A stretch of DNA of 64,000 bases from Terriglobales bacterium (GTDB lineage: Bacteria > Acidobacteriota > Terriglobia > Terriglobales > Acidobacteriaceae): contig JBEKWL010000001.1 in the NCBI GenBank assembly GCA_049513095.1, positions 3,008 through 67,007 of the forward strand. The letters are read 5' to 3'. Of the stretch, positions 53,512 through 62,155 are shown one piece after another. A model generated the notes under the pieces. It ran no database searches. It was not told the DNA's origin and was given only the letters and a program-made list of their open reading frames with translations. Position numbers and translations under genes: made by a program. Within the stretch, counting starts at the first letter, position 1; every line of letters begins with the position of its first letter.

Positions 53512-53999
53512 TGAGCTACCCCCGTTTCAATTTGGCGCAGAATTCTTGCTGGATTGCCGGCCACAATCGTGTTGGCTGGAACATCTTTGGTGACCACGGC
53601 GCCTGCTCCCACAATGGCGTTCTCTCCGATGCAAAGGTTCGCCAGGATGGTGGCGCCGGATCCGATCGAGGCGCCTTTCTTGATTACCGTTTTCTCGACC
53701 TTCCAGTCGGCTTCGGTCTGCAGACTTCCGCCCCCGGCCGTGGCACGCGGGTAGGAATCGTTGATGAACATAACGCCGTGACCAATGAAAACGTTGTCTT
53801 CAATGGTCACGCCTTCGCAAATGAAGGTGTGGCTGGAGATCTTACAACGTTTTCCAACCGAAGCGTTCTTCTGGATCTCTACAAACGCGCCGATCTTGGT
53901 CTCATCGCCGATTTCGCAGCCGTAGAGGTTGATGAACTTGGAAAATTTGACGTCTCGACCGAGTTTCACACTGGGGGCAATGCTGAGGAATTCATCCAT
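53508..53999 (-). CDS. Left-handed beta-helix (hexapeptide) N-acetyltransferase (WbpD-like)
   Basis: Hexapeptide repeats (IGDETKIGAFVEIQKNASVGKRCKISSHTFICEGVTIEDNVFIGHGV...). The ATG at 53999 avoids the upstream gene. A 4-nt overlap with the downstream aminotransferase suggests coupling. Confidence 0.8.
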   Translation of the reverse strand: MDEFLSIAPSVKLGRDVKFSKFINLYGCEIGDETKIGAFVEIQKNASVGKRCKISSHTFICEGVTIEDNVFIGHGVMFINDSYPRATAGGGSLQTEADWKVEKTVIKKGASIGSGATILANLCIGENAIVGAGAVVTKDVPANTIVAGNPARILRQIETGVAQ

Positions 54000-54070
54000 A
54001 GAAGTTGTCTCGCAATCCGCGGAATGCATGTGCTGGGTGGCCGCGGAGACTGCCGGCAGCCGGGGCAGAG

Positions 54071-55072
54071 TTACACGTACACGAGCTCGCCGCGCTTGGC
54101 CAGCGATTTGTCCGCGGCTTCCAGCATGCGGACGACCTTCAGTCCCGCGCGGCCGTCGTTGAACGGTACTTCGCTCTTCGTGATACATTCCACGAAGTAT
54201 CCCAGCTCCAACTTAAGTGCTTCCACCTGTTCGACCTGTGGCGCCCACATGTCGCCTGAACGGTAGCTGACCAGCAGGTTGTACACACCTTCCTGGCTCT
54301 TCACGTCCACACCCTTGTCGTAGATCTTCAGCTTCTCATCGGCTTCAAGATCGTTCCACACCAGCATTTTCTTCTCGCCGCCGATCAGCGTGGTTCGAAC
54401 TTTGACCGGCGAGATCCAGTTCACGTTGATGTGCGCGATCATCTTGTCCGGAAAATATGCGGTGATGAATGCGATGTCTTCATGCCCGTTGAGGTGCGCT
54501 TGCCCGGTGGCCGAGATGGCCTCCACGTCTTTCTGCAGCAGGTGGTTCATGATCGAGAGGTCGTGCGGCGCAAGATCCCAAATCACGTTGCAGTCGTGCT
54601 GAAAGAGGCCCAGGTTCACTCGGGTCGAATCGTAGTAGTAGAGATTGCCGAGCATCCCATCCGCGAGCAGCTTCTGTATTTTGCGAACCGCCCCGGTAAA
54701 CAAGAACGTGTGGTCCACCATGATCTGGAGGTGTTTCCGCTCCGCGAGGTTAATCAGTTCTTCCGCTTGTGCGGCGTTGCTGGTGAACGGCTTTTCCACG
54801 AACACATGTTTGCCGTTTTCCAGCGCGGCTTTGGTCAGTTCATGGTGCGCCCACACCGGAGTGATCACGGCGATGGCATCCACTTCGGGCGACTTTATCA
54901 GTTCTTTGGAGTCGCTATGGACCGGGATCCCGGGATGCGCCGCCTGTATGCGTTTGCGGGCTGCCGGAGTCTGATCGCAAATGCCGACGACTTGGCAACC
55001 TTCCAGTGCGCGCAGATTGCGCACGATATTCGGCCCCCAATAGCCATAGCCGACAACGCCAAACCTAAGCAT
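54071..55072 (-). CDS. Gfo/Idh/MocA-family NAD-dependent sugar oxidoreductase (WbpB-like)
   Basis: MLRFGVVGYGYWGPNIVRNL Rossmann N-terminus and EKPF motif. GAGGTG Shine-Dalgarno sequence upstream. Confidence 0.9.
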   Translation of the reverse strand: MLRFGVVGYGYWGPNIVRNLRALEGCQVVGICDQTPAARKRIQAAHPGIPVHSDSKELIKSPEVDAIAVITPVWAHHELTKAALENGKHVFVEKPFTSNAAQAEELINLAERKHLQIMVDHTFLFTGAVRKIQKLLADGMLGNLYYYDSTRVNLGLFQHDCNVIWDLAPHDLSIMNHLLQKDVEAISATGQAHLNGHEDIAFITAYFPDKMIAHINVNWISPVKVRTTLIGGEKKMLVWNDLEADEKLKIYDKGVDVKSQEGVYNLLVSYRSGDMWAPQVEQVEALKLELGYFVECITKSEVPFNDGRAGLKVVRMLEAADKSLAKRGELVYV

Positions 55073-55099
55073 AGGAGTTCACCTCATGAGAACAACTGT

Positions 55100-55136
55100 G
55101 TTGCTGCGCGAAGAACAATTCGGGCCGCGCAGCAAC
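55100..55136 (-). promoter_or_regulatory. Strong intergenic hairpin (11-bp perfect GC-rich stem) between the priming transferase and the WbpB-like gene
   Basis: gttgctgcgcg-N15-cgcgcagcaac. On the minus-strand RNA it is followed by ACAGUUGUUCUCAU. It could be an attenuator/terminator or an RNA stability element. Confidence 0.4.
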
Positions 55137-55186
55137 CCTGCAGGACATTGGGGGAGAAGAAACGGGAGAAGATATCGGGGAGGAAA

Positions 55187-56335
55187 CTAGCAGGCACCGT
55201 CTCCGCCGATGACTGCTTTCGGAGTTTGCAGAAGAATTTTCATATCGAGCCAGGGAGAGCAATTCCGCGCATAGCGCAAATCCAGCCGCACCATGTCGTT
55301 GAATTCCACGCGGCTGCGGCCATGCACCTGCCACAGTCCGGTGATTCCCGGCTTCGCCTCCAGCAGACGGCGGAGATGCCACGTGGCATAGGCCTCCACT
55401 TCATAGGGCACGGGCGGACGAGGCCCCACCAACGACATTTCGCCGCGCAGCACGTTGATCAACTGCGGCAGTTCGTCCAGACTTGAGCGCCGCAGAATCC
55501 TGCCCACCGGCGTAATCCGTGGATCGTCCGTCAGCTTGAAAACACCCAATCCGTTTCCGTTGGCAGACTTCTTTTCCGCCTGACCGGCGATCAACTGACG
55601 AACGTATTCCTTGTGCTCGCTGGCATCATTATTTATGTGCATCGAGCGGAATTTCAGAAACGTGAACGGCGTTCCATGCTCGCCGATGCGTTTCTGCCGA
55701 AACAGAACCGGTCCGCGGGAAGTCAGCTTGATCGCCGCCGCGATGACAAGAAACACGGGCGACAACATCACCAGCAAGGACAGGCTTCCGAGGACGTCGA
55801 TCAGCCGTTTCGTGGCCAGGCGAAGCCGGTTCGTCTCTTGGCGCTCTTCGAGATCCGGGTAGAGGGTCAAGTTGCTGGGACGGTCCGGATCCTGCGCATC
55901 CCAGTCATCGGGAAAGACATGAAAGGAAAACTTGATCCGGCTGAACTGATCGGTGTCGAGCCGGTCGCGCAGTGCCGCGCCGATCCGGGAAAGGATCGTA
56001 CTGAGGACTGCGTTGTTCTCCAGAATGATCTCGGTGAACATGATTCCCACCACCGAGTTTGTCGTATACCAGCCCGTAACGTCGGTTTCACGGGTCGCTC
56101 CCTGGAGCGCGGAAAGCACGTCCAGCAAGTCGCGGCCTTGCTTGTCGCCCGGCTGATTACGCCCGGTTTCGATGAGCAAAAGCACGAACGGCCGCTCCGA
56201 ACGCTCGCTACGCTTGCGCTCCAGCGAGAGCATCCGACGGAAAGCTTCTTCCGAGAGGATTTCTTGGGAGTCGAGCAAGTTCTGCGGTTGAGACTTCCGA
56301 TCAACGGATTGCGGGTTTTCCGATGTTGACGCCAC
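55187..56335 (-). CDS. Polyprenyl-phosphate glycosyl-1-phosphate (priming) transferase with an N-terminal degenerate GGDEF-like domain
   Basis: C-terminal Bac_transf core: KRLIDVLGSLSLLVMLSPVFLVIAAAIKLTSRGPVLFRQKRIG, FKFRSM, DELPQLINVLRGEMSLVGPRP, KPGITGLWQV. The N-terminal ~145 aa align with a GGDEF fold (RPFVLLLIE...; RETD-VTGWY-TTNSV compared with RxxD-xxxRY-GGDEF). Confidence 0.85.
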   Translation of the reverse strand: MASTSENPQSVDRKSQPQNLLDSQEILSEEAFRRMLSLERKRSERSERPFVLLLIETGRNQPGDKQGRDLLDVLSALQGATRETDVTGWYTTNSVVGIMFTEIILENNAVLSTILSRIGAALRDRLDTDQFSRIKFSFHVFPDDWDAQDPDRPSNLTLYPDLEERQETNRLRLATKRLIDVLGSLSLLVMLSPVFLVIAAAIKLTSRGPVLFRQKRIGEHGTPFTFLKFRSMHINNDASEHKEYVRQLIAGQAEKKSANGNGLGVFKLTDDPRITPVGRILRRSSLDELPQLINVLRGEMSLVGPRPPVPYEVEAYATWHLRRLLEAKPGITGLWQVHGRSRVEFNDMVRLDLRYARNCSPWLDMKILLQTPKAVIGGDGAC

Positions 56336-56440
56336 GGATCTATCTCCTCGCGCGCTACGGATAGCAACAAGTGCATCGTAGTTTCGCGGATACGTTTGAG
56401 TTTCTAACGAGGGAGTTTGAGTCTAATGGGAAAGATAAAA

Positions 56441-57367
56441 CTAACTATCGGCTTTCGGCTGAGGGAGATTCTCACCTTCCGCCGCTGCCGGGCTATACCG
56501 TGAGTAATAATACTTGGTGTCATTCCTGCTACAGCTGTTTACGACCACGCCAAGGATCGTGGAATTGTCGAGGGCTGCCACAGCCCGCGCGAGCTGCTTC
56601 TTTTCGCATACCCCCTCGCGGGTCACAAGCAACACTCCATCCGCCAGTTTCATCCAGAGTGGTGTATCCGCCAGAGGAAGAACCGGAGGGGTGTCGATAA
56701 TAATCCAATGGAAAAATGTTCCGAGTTCTTCGAGCAACTGCTGCAGCCGGCCCGACTGCATAAGCTCAATTGGATTCTCGGGGGTCACGCCTGCGGGAAT
56801 GAACCAGAGGCCGGAGCCCTCGATCTTGTACACGACTTCAGACAGCTGACGCTCTCCACGGAGAACCTCGCTGAGACCAGCCAGGCTGCGATGAAAGCCG
56901 AAACGGCGCCCTAACTCGGGTCGCCTCAAATCGCCATCGATCAGCACCGCCTTGAGAATTTTGCTCCGCGATTGATTAAGCGCAAGGTTTGCTGCGATCA
57001 TACTCTTCCCTTCTTCAGGGATGCTGCTGGTGATCACGATCCGTTTGAGCTTGCGCTGTTCGCGCAGGTGTCGCAGCTTCAACCCCAGCACGCGAAACTT
57101 CTCCGCTGCCAAGCCGCCCTGGTCCGTCAAACACACCAGTCGGGAATCTGCCGTCATTGCTGGCAAGAGCACTTTCGCGGAGGTAAACGTCTCTGCCCCT
57201 GGAGACTCTGGTGTCGCTGCCGCCGGCAATTCGGGAAGAGATTGCTTGCGCTCGATTTCCTGGTCGACCCCTTGCAGCAGATCCGCGACTGAGTCGGCAT
57301 TTTTCGGCAGGCTTCCGCCCGACCGCTCGGTCTCCGCTCGTTGCAACGCTTCAAATATATAGCTCAT
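56441..57367 (-). CDS. BY-kinase (CpsD/CapB-type tyrosine autokinase)
   Basis: Walker A ITSSIPEEGKSMIAANLA, Walker A'/B-like IIDTPP and the C-terminal Tyr cluster KYYYSRY. The start at 57367 (MSYIFEALQRAE) matches the family N-terminus. Confidence 0.85.
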   Translation of the reverse strand: MSYIFEALQRAETERSGGSLPKNADSVADLLQGVDQEIERKQSLPELPAAATPESPGAETFTSAKVLLPAMTADSRLVCLTDQGGLAAEKFRVLGLKLRHLREQRKLKRIVITSSIPEEGKSMIAANLALNQSRSKILKAVLIDGDLRRPELGRRFGFHRSLAGLSEVLRGERQLSEVVYKIEGSGLWFIPAGVTPENPIELMQSGRLQQLLEELGTFFHWIIIDTPPVLPLADTPLWMKLADGVLLVTREGVCEKKQLARAVAALDNSTILGVVVNSCSRNDTKYYYSRYSPAAAEGENLPQPKADS

Positions 57368-57383
57368 GTAGAAGACACCTTGC

Positions 57384-58337
57384 CTATTGCAGTCGGCCCT
57401 TCGTCCCGGATCCCTGCTGCATGCGCTCACGCACTTCGAGCAGCGTCTTCACCGCCAGCAGGAGCTCGCGCTGTTCCGGTTCTTCCGCCAGCCGAGTTCC
57501 AGCATGGTTCGGTTCCAAGGCCACCACCCCGAGCCGTAAATCCCGCGCGACGCCGTCTATGAGTTCGGAGGTAATCGTGGCCGCATGTTTGGCGTAGCCC
57601 GCGAGCAGCGCGTTCTCGCAGATAGTGTTGATCAGCCGCGGAATTCCCCGAGAGTGGCGGAACACAGCCTCGATCGCTGGCGCGGAAAAAATCTCGACCG
57701 CGGCTGGCGCCCCTGCAATCCGAAGACGGCGGTTCATGTATTCCCTGGTTTCGTTCGCACTGAGCGGTTCGAGATGGCAACGCAGCGCGATCCGCTGTTT
57801 TAGCTGCCGGAGTTCATGGGAATCGAGTTTCTGATCGAGTTCCGGCTGCCCCGCCAGCACGATCTGCAGCAACTTTTGCTGCGATGTTTCCAGGTTGGTC
57901 AAAAGCCGGATCTCTTCCAGTATTTCCGGCGACAGGTGGTGAGCTTCGTCCACCACCAGAATCGTCGTCAATCCCTTTTGATGTCTCTGCAGCAGGAAGC
58001 CATTCAGCACGTGGATCAGCTCGTCTTTGGCCTTGCCCGTGACTTGCAACCCAAAATCGCCCGCGATATAGCGCATGAATTCCAGTGGCGAAAGCGATGG
58101 ATTGAAAATCAGGGCAAAGGCCACATCGCGGCGCTGCAGCAACCCCAGCAACGAGCGCAGCATGAGCGTCTTCCCCGTACCCACCTCGCCCGTCAAAACT
58201 ACAAATCCCCGGTGCGCCGTCACCCCGTAATACAACGAAGCGAGCGCTTCGTTGTGCCGCGTCGTGGGAAACAAAAACGACGGGTCCGGCGTGATCTCGA
58301 ACGGGTTTCGCTGCAGATTGTATAGGCTCTTATACAT
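57384..58337 (-). CDS. ExeA-like AAA ATPase of PEP-CTERM-type EPS loci
   Basis: NPFEITPDPSFLF, Walker A LTGEVGTGKT and Walker B LVVDEAH. Confidence 0.8.
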   Translation of the reverse strand: MYKSLYNLQRNPFEITPDPSFLFPTTRHNEALASLYYGVTAHRGFVVLTGEVGTGKTLMLRSLLGLLQRRDVAFALIFNPSLSPLEFMRYIAGDFGLQVTGKAKDELIHVLNGFLLQRHQKGLTTILVVDEAHHLSPEILEEIRLLTNLETSQQKLLQIVLAGQPELDQKLDSHELRQLKQRIALRCHLEPLSANETREYMNRRLRIAGAPAAVEIFSAPAIEAVFRHSRGIPRLINTICENALLAGYAKHAATITSELIDGVARDLRLGVVALEPNHAGTRLAEEPEQRELLLAVKTLLEVRERMQQGSGTKGRLQ

Positions 58338-58342
58338 AATCT

Positions 58343-59935
58343 CTAGCCGTACAAATAGGTTACAGCCGATCCTAACAGTATGAAACCCACGATCACCACT
58401 GCCGCCGCACCCGCGATCCAGACACCACGCCGATGGGACGACTGTTCCTCCAAGCTCTCGATCGGCGGAATTTCCGCGATCACATCGAAGGGAACCATTT
58501 TCTTGATGTCGCGCTCACTATAGATCTTGCCGCTCAGCTTTTCCTGGCCGAAGGCGAAGGCCCCGCCGAGAACAAGGCCCACCGCTAATCCCGCGAAGCA
58601 CAACAGCAGACGGTTTGGCTTGTAGGGTTTTACCGGAAGATTCGGCGGATCCAACATGCGAAAATGTTCGCCCTGTTGCGTTTTCTCCAGGTCGGTCGAC
58701 ATTTCCGACTCGTTCTTCTTTTTCAGCAGGGATTCGTAATCGGCCTTCGACTGATCATAGTCGCGCGTGATGTCGGCGAACTGCTGCTCCATTACCGGGG
58801 CCATATTCAGCCGTCCCTGGTATTGCATGATCTTGTTTTGCTCGTCTTTGATTTCCGCCTCCCGGTTCGCGATTTCGAGGCGATTGGCCTTCAGCTGGCT
58901 TTCCAGTTCCAGCAGTGGCGCGCTTTTCGGATCGAGCGATGTGGTGGCGGCCGGTTCCGGACTGGGGTTACTCGCTGGACTATTCATGTCAGCGACGATC
59001 CGCGCGCGCATCTGCTCGGTCCGGGCAATCTGCTGTTTGGTCTTGCGGACGTCGGGATGCTTGTCGGTGTAGTGGGAAGTCAAGTCCGCCAACTGCGCCT
59101 TCAGTAGATCCAGCTCTTTGTCAACCTCGGCCAGCCCAACCGGGCCGCCCTCGCCCGGCTTCGAACCACGATCCATGGCGCGATACTGATTGATCAGCGA
59201 TTCCAGATAAGTGTTTTGCTGCTTGGCACGGTTCAGCGAATCCTGGTTCACTTGCACCTGACTCTGAAGGCCGGCCAGGATCTGCAGATTGCTCTGGGTC
59301 TGGGTGGGCAACTCGCCCAGGTGCTGATCTTTGAACACGCGCACTCTGGCTTCTTGTTCTGCGAGTTTTGCGCGCGCCTGCTCGACCTGACTTTCGAGGA
59401 AGTTGGTCGTGTTCTCGGAACGCTCCTGCCGCTGCTCCAGATTTTCCGCGATGAAGAGGTTCGCGAGCTCGGCCGTGGCCGCCTGCGCCATCTTCGGATC
59501 GCGACTCTCGTAATAGATATTGAACGCCGAGAGCCGTTTATCGTCGCCGCGCGAGAGCTCGATTTCGATGTCCTTGCTCATCTTCTCCACCAGATCGTCC
59601 GCTCTCTTGTGTTTCCGTTCCTGGGCGTAGAGACCGAGTTTTTCAATGATGCGGACAAGGCGCGTGCGGCTCAGGATTTGCTGCGTAATGCTGTCCAGCT
59701 GTTGTTGGATGTCGCTGTTGATATTCGAGACCACATATTTTTCAGGAACGGATGGCTGCTCCACCAGAATGAGCGTGCCCGACCGATATGTCGAAGGAAT
59801 CAGCCAGCTCGCTCCCCACACCAGCGCCCAGCCGCAAAAAAAGGGCACTAGAAATTGCCACCGCCGACGGCGGACGATTCCCTTGATCTCGATAAAATCC
59901 GGTAGCTCGTTTGATTCTTGCAGTTCTTCTTCCAT
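58343..59935 (-). CDS. Polysaccharide chain-length determinant (GumC/Wzz-family, long coiled-coil periplasmic domain)
   Basis: N-terminal TM (WQFLVPFFCGWALVWGASW), a long coiled-coil and a C-terminal TM. The ATG at 59935 lies 2 nt after the upstream stop; a GTG at 59962 is the alternative. Confidence 0.85.
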   Translation of the reverse strand: MEEELQESNELPDFIEIKGIVRRRRWQFLVPFFCGWALVWGASWLIPSTYRSGTLILVEQPSVPEKYVVSNINSDIQQQLDSITQQILSRTRLVRIIEKLGLYAQERKHKRADDLVEKMSKDIEIELSRGDDKRLSAFNIYYESRDPKMAQAATAELANLFIAENLEQRQERSENTTNFLESQVEQARAKLAEQEARVRVFKDQHLGELPTQTQSNLQILAGLQSQVQVNQDSLNRAKQQNTYLESLINQYRAMDRGSKPGEGGPVGLAEVDKELDLLKAQLADLTSHYTDKHPDVRKTKQQIARTEQMRARIVADMNSPASNPSPEPAATTSLDPKSAPLLELESQLKANRLEIANREAEIKDEQNKIMQYQGRLNMAPVMEQQFADITRDYDQSKADYESLLKKKNESEMSTDLEKTQQGEHFRMLDPPNLPVKPYKPNRLLLCFAGLAVGLVLGGAFAFGQEKLSGKIYSERDIKKMVPFDVIAEIPPIESLEEQSSHRRGVWIAGAAAVVIVGFILLGSAVTYLYG

Positions 59936-59937
59936 GC

Positions 59938-61377
59938 CTACATTCCTAAGGGTTTGGCCCACTGGTACGAAAAGGTGACAAAAATCCGATTTCGACTCGT
60001 ATCCTGCGTCAGGGCTGGGGGTGTCGCCGCAAAATACCGCTCTTGAAAGTCGTGCGTGTAGCCCATTCGGATCCCGATACTCTTCCCAATGTCACGCTCC
60101 AGCGAGACGCCTACCGAAGTCATATTGATTGAACTAGCGCTGCCTGCCAAGGGGAAGGTAAGCAACTGGTTCGTTCCGTAGCTCGCCGCAAGAGCAGCCG
60201 TCCACCCCGGAACCAGTGCGCGGCGGAACGTGCCATTAACGGTCTGCAAACGGACGGCGCCCATAACGCCGCCGCCGTCGCTGATGTTTCGGGAGAATCC
60301 GGCAGACACGCCAGTACGCTGGTTCGCCCAGCCGCCCTGCATTCCGCCCGCGACGGACCAATTATTGGATGGAGCAACCGGCAGCGCGCCCGGGGCCAAA
60401 CCCTGGTTCTCCAAATACTGAGGGCCGAGGAAGCCAGTCAGTGTGAATTGTTTCGAAAGGCTCAGTGTGTCCACCGCAAAGAAGCTATTGACCCGGGTCT
60501 CGCCGCTGGGACTGAAGGTGATGCGCTGGAAACCGTAGCTTGCGCCGCCCCAGTCTCCCCGCAAGATCCGGTGCAGCCAGAAGGCAGTCCCTGAAGCGGT
60601 TTGCGAATCCGTCAGCTGAGTCCCCGCGGGAACGTTGGTGAAGTGTATATCATAGAACGACCCGCTCGCCCCAATCAGATCGTTCAAGGCAAAGTGATAA
60701 TTCGTCTCGACCGTCGTCATACTGGATCTTTGTGTGGACAATGGAGCAATCAGACTGGCGTTCGGTCCGCCTGATCCGGCGACGACTCCGGTGCCATTGC
60801 CCGCGTCAAAGAATCCCGTGGTCATGGAAAAGCTTTCTGCCACCCGCAGGTTCACGTGCGGGCTCAACCGGTACTGCGAATCGAAATTCAGGTTTTGCGA
60901 CCCCCAGTTCTGATCTGTGATGTTCTGATTCACAGTCAGGCCGCCAGCGTATCCAAGCATCCAGCGCACTCGCGACGACGACTCCTCAATTCTTATGTTG
61001 GGGAAGAACGACTCGCTCGTACCGCTTTCCGTCCCGCTTGAAAGCAGCAACGGGTTGGAATCATAGACCGCGCCCACATTCACCCCGCCTCGCAGATAGT
61101 TCGATCGTTCTAACTCGGAGATGAAGGCCGAAGATATTCCAGCTCCCCCAAGCATTGCCGGTATATTAGGTAGATCGTTGTTCGTGTCCTCTGCGTCGCC
61201 CTCACCCTGCATTCCCGCTATGGCCGAGAGTGCGGCTACCGGAGCCGTTCTCGTGCTATCGGCGCTGGAATCCTGCGCCGGTTGGTTCTGCGGAGGCGGG
61301 TTCTGCCCCGCCGAGAGAACCTGCAACCCCGCCGCCATCCACCCGAGAATCAACCAGCGTCGAATACTCATAATCAC
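59938..61377 (-). CDS. Outer-membrane beta-barrel protein of EPS loci (uncharacterised)
   Basis: Signal peptide MIMSIRRWLILGWMAAGLQVLSAG, alternating beta-strand pattern and C-terminal FVTFSYQW. Confidence 0.6.
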   Translation of the reverse strand: MIMSIRRWLILGWMAAGLQVLSAGQNPPPQNQPAQDSSADSTRTAPVAALSAIAGMQGEGDAEDTNNDLPNIPAMLGGAGISSAFISELERSNYLRGGVNVGAVYDSNPLLLSSGTESGTSESFFPNIRIEESSSRVRWMLGYAGGLTVNQNITDQNWGSQNLNFDSQYRLSPHVNLRVAESFSMTTGFFDAGNGTGVVAGSGGPNASLIAPLSTQRSSMTTVETNYHFALNDLIGASGSFYDIHFTNVPAGTQLTDSQTASGTAFWLHRILRGDWGGASYGFQRITFSPSGETRVNSFFAVDTLSLSKQFTLTGFLGPQYLENQGLAPGALPVAPSNNWSVAGGMQGGWANQRTGVSAGFSRNISDGGGVMGAVRLQTVNGTFRRALVPGWTAALAASYGTNQLLTFPLAGSASSINMTSVGVSLERDIGKSIGIRMGYTHDFQERYFAATPPALTQDTSRNRIFVTFSYQWAKPLGM

Positions 61378-61379
61378 AA

Positions 61380-62051
61380 CTACGGAACCACCACCGTATC
61401 GCCAGCCTGCAGGCGGACGTTTTCCGCCGGATTCTTGCCTTTGATGACATCTTTATAGTTGAACGGGATTCGTTGCTGCGTACCGTCCGGAGCTGGTCGA
61501 AGAACATAGATTGACTTCTGCTTGGCGAAGTCTTTGAAGCCCCCGGCCATAGCAATCGCATCGAGCACGGTGGTCGAACTCGTCAACAGATAGGCGCCCG
61601 GTCGGGTCACCATACCCATGATGTTCACCTTCTGACTCTTGCTATCGGTAACAATGACCGTCACTTCAGGCTCGGAGATATAGCTCTTCAGGCGTATGGT
61701 GATCTCTTGTTCCAGTTGCCGCGGCGTCTGGCCACCCGCCTGCAATTCCCCGACTAACGGCAAAGAAATCTTTCCATCAGAACGAACGGGAACGGAACGC
61801 GAGATGTCCGGTTCCTTCCACACATTGATTGCCAGCACATCGTTGGCGCCAATCACGTAGGAACTGTCCGAATGTGCGGCCCGCGAGCCTTCCGCTTTCG
61901 TCTCGCTGGCTTGCTTATCGGCTTGAGCGACGCTGGGCGCCGGTGGTTGCGATGCGGACCCGGTTTGCGCGAACGCTCCCATGGACACCACTACCAGAAG
62001 CGTCAGGACCGCCGTGATGCGATGGGCCGTCATGGGTTCCGTCATAAGCAT
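61380..62051 (-). CDS. Wza-like polysaccharide export protein (Poly_export plus SLBB)
   Basis: YVIGANDVLAINVW, RSDGKISLPLVGELQAGGQTPRQLEQEI, GAYLL and AGDTVVVP. Confidence 0.85.
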   Translation of the reverse strand: MLMTEPMTAHRITAVLTLLVVVSMGAFAQTGSASQPPAPSVAQADKQASETKAEGSRAAHSDSSYVIGANDVLAINVWKEPDISRSVPVRSDGKISLPLVGELQAGGQTPRQLEQEITIRLKSYISEPEVTVIVTDSKSQKVNIMGMVTRPGAYLLTSSTTVLDAIAMAGGFKDFAKQKSIYVLRPAPDGTQQRIPFNYKDVIKGKNPAENVRLQAGDTVVVP

Positions 62052-62069
62052 GCCTCTCAGCCATTCCCC

Positions 62070-62113
62070 GGCTCAACCGTAGATGGCTCAACCGTGGGGT
62101 TCAATCGTAGCTG
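62070..62113. repeat. Tandem motif of about 15 bp in the 5' leader of the export operon
   Basis: ggctcaaccgtagat / ggctcaaccgtgggg / ttcaatcgtagctg, with a fourth degenerate copy, ttaatcgtcg, at 62130-62139. The array begins 19 nt upstream of the wza-like start codon. Confidence 0.5.
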
Positions 62114-62155
62114 TTCAGTGCCACAGGGTTTAATCGTCGCTATTTCACGTCAGCG

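Noticed and set aside
62107-62123. TGGCAC-TGAAC-AGCT on the minus strand upstream of the wza-like gene, as a possible sigma-54 promoter
   Set aside because: The spacing is GG-N9-GC instead of GG-N10-GC, and there is no TTGC. Not convincing.
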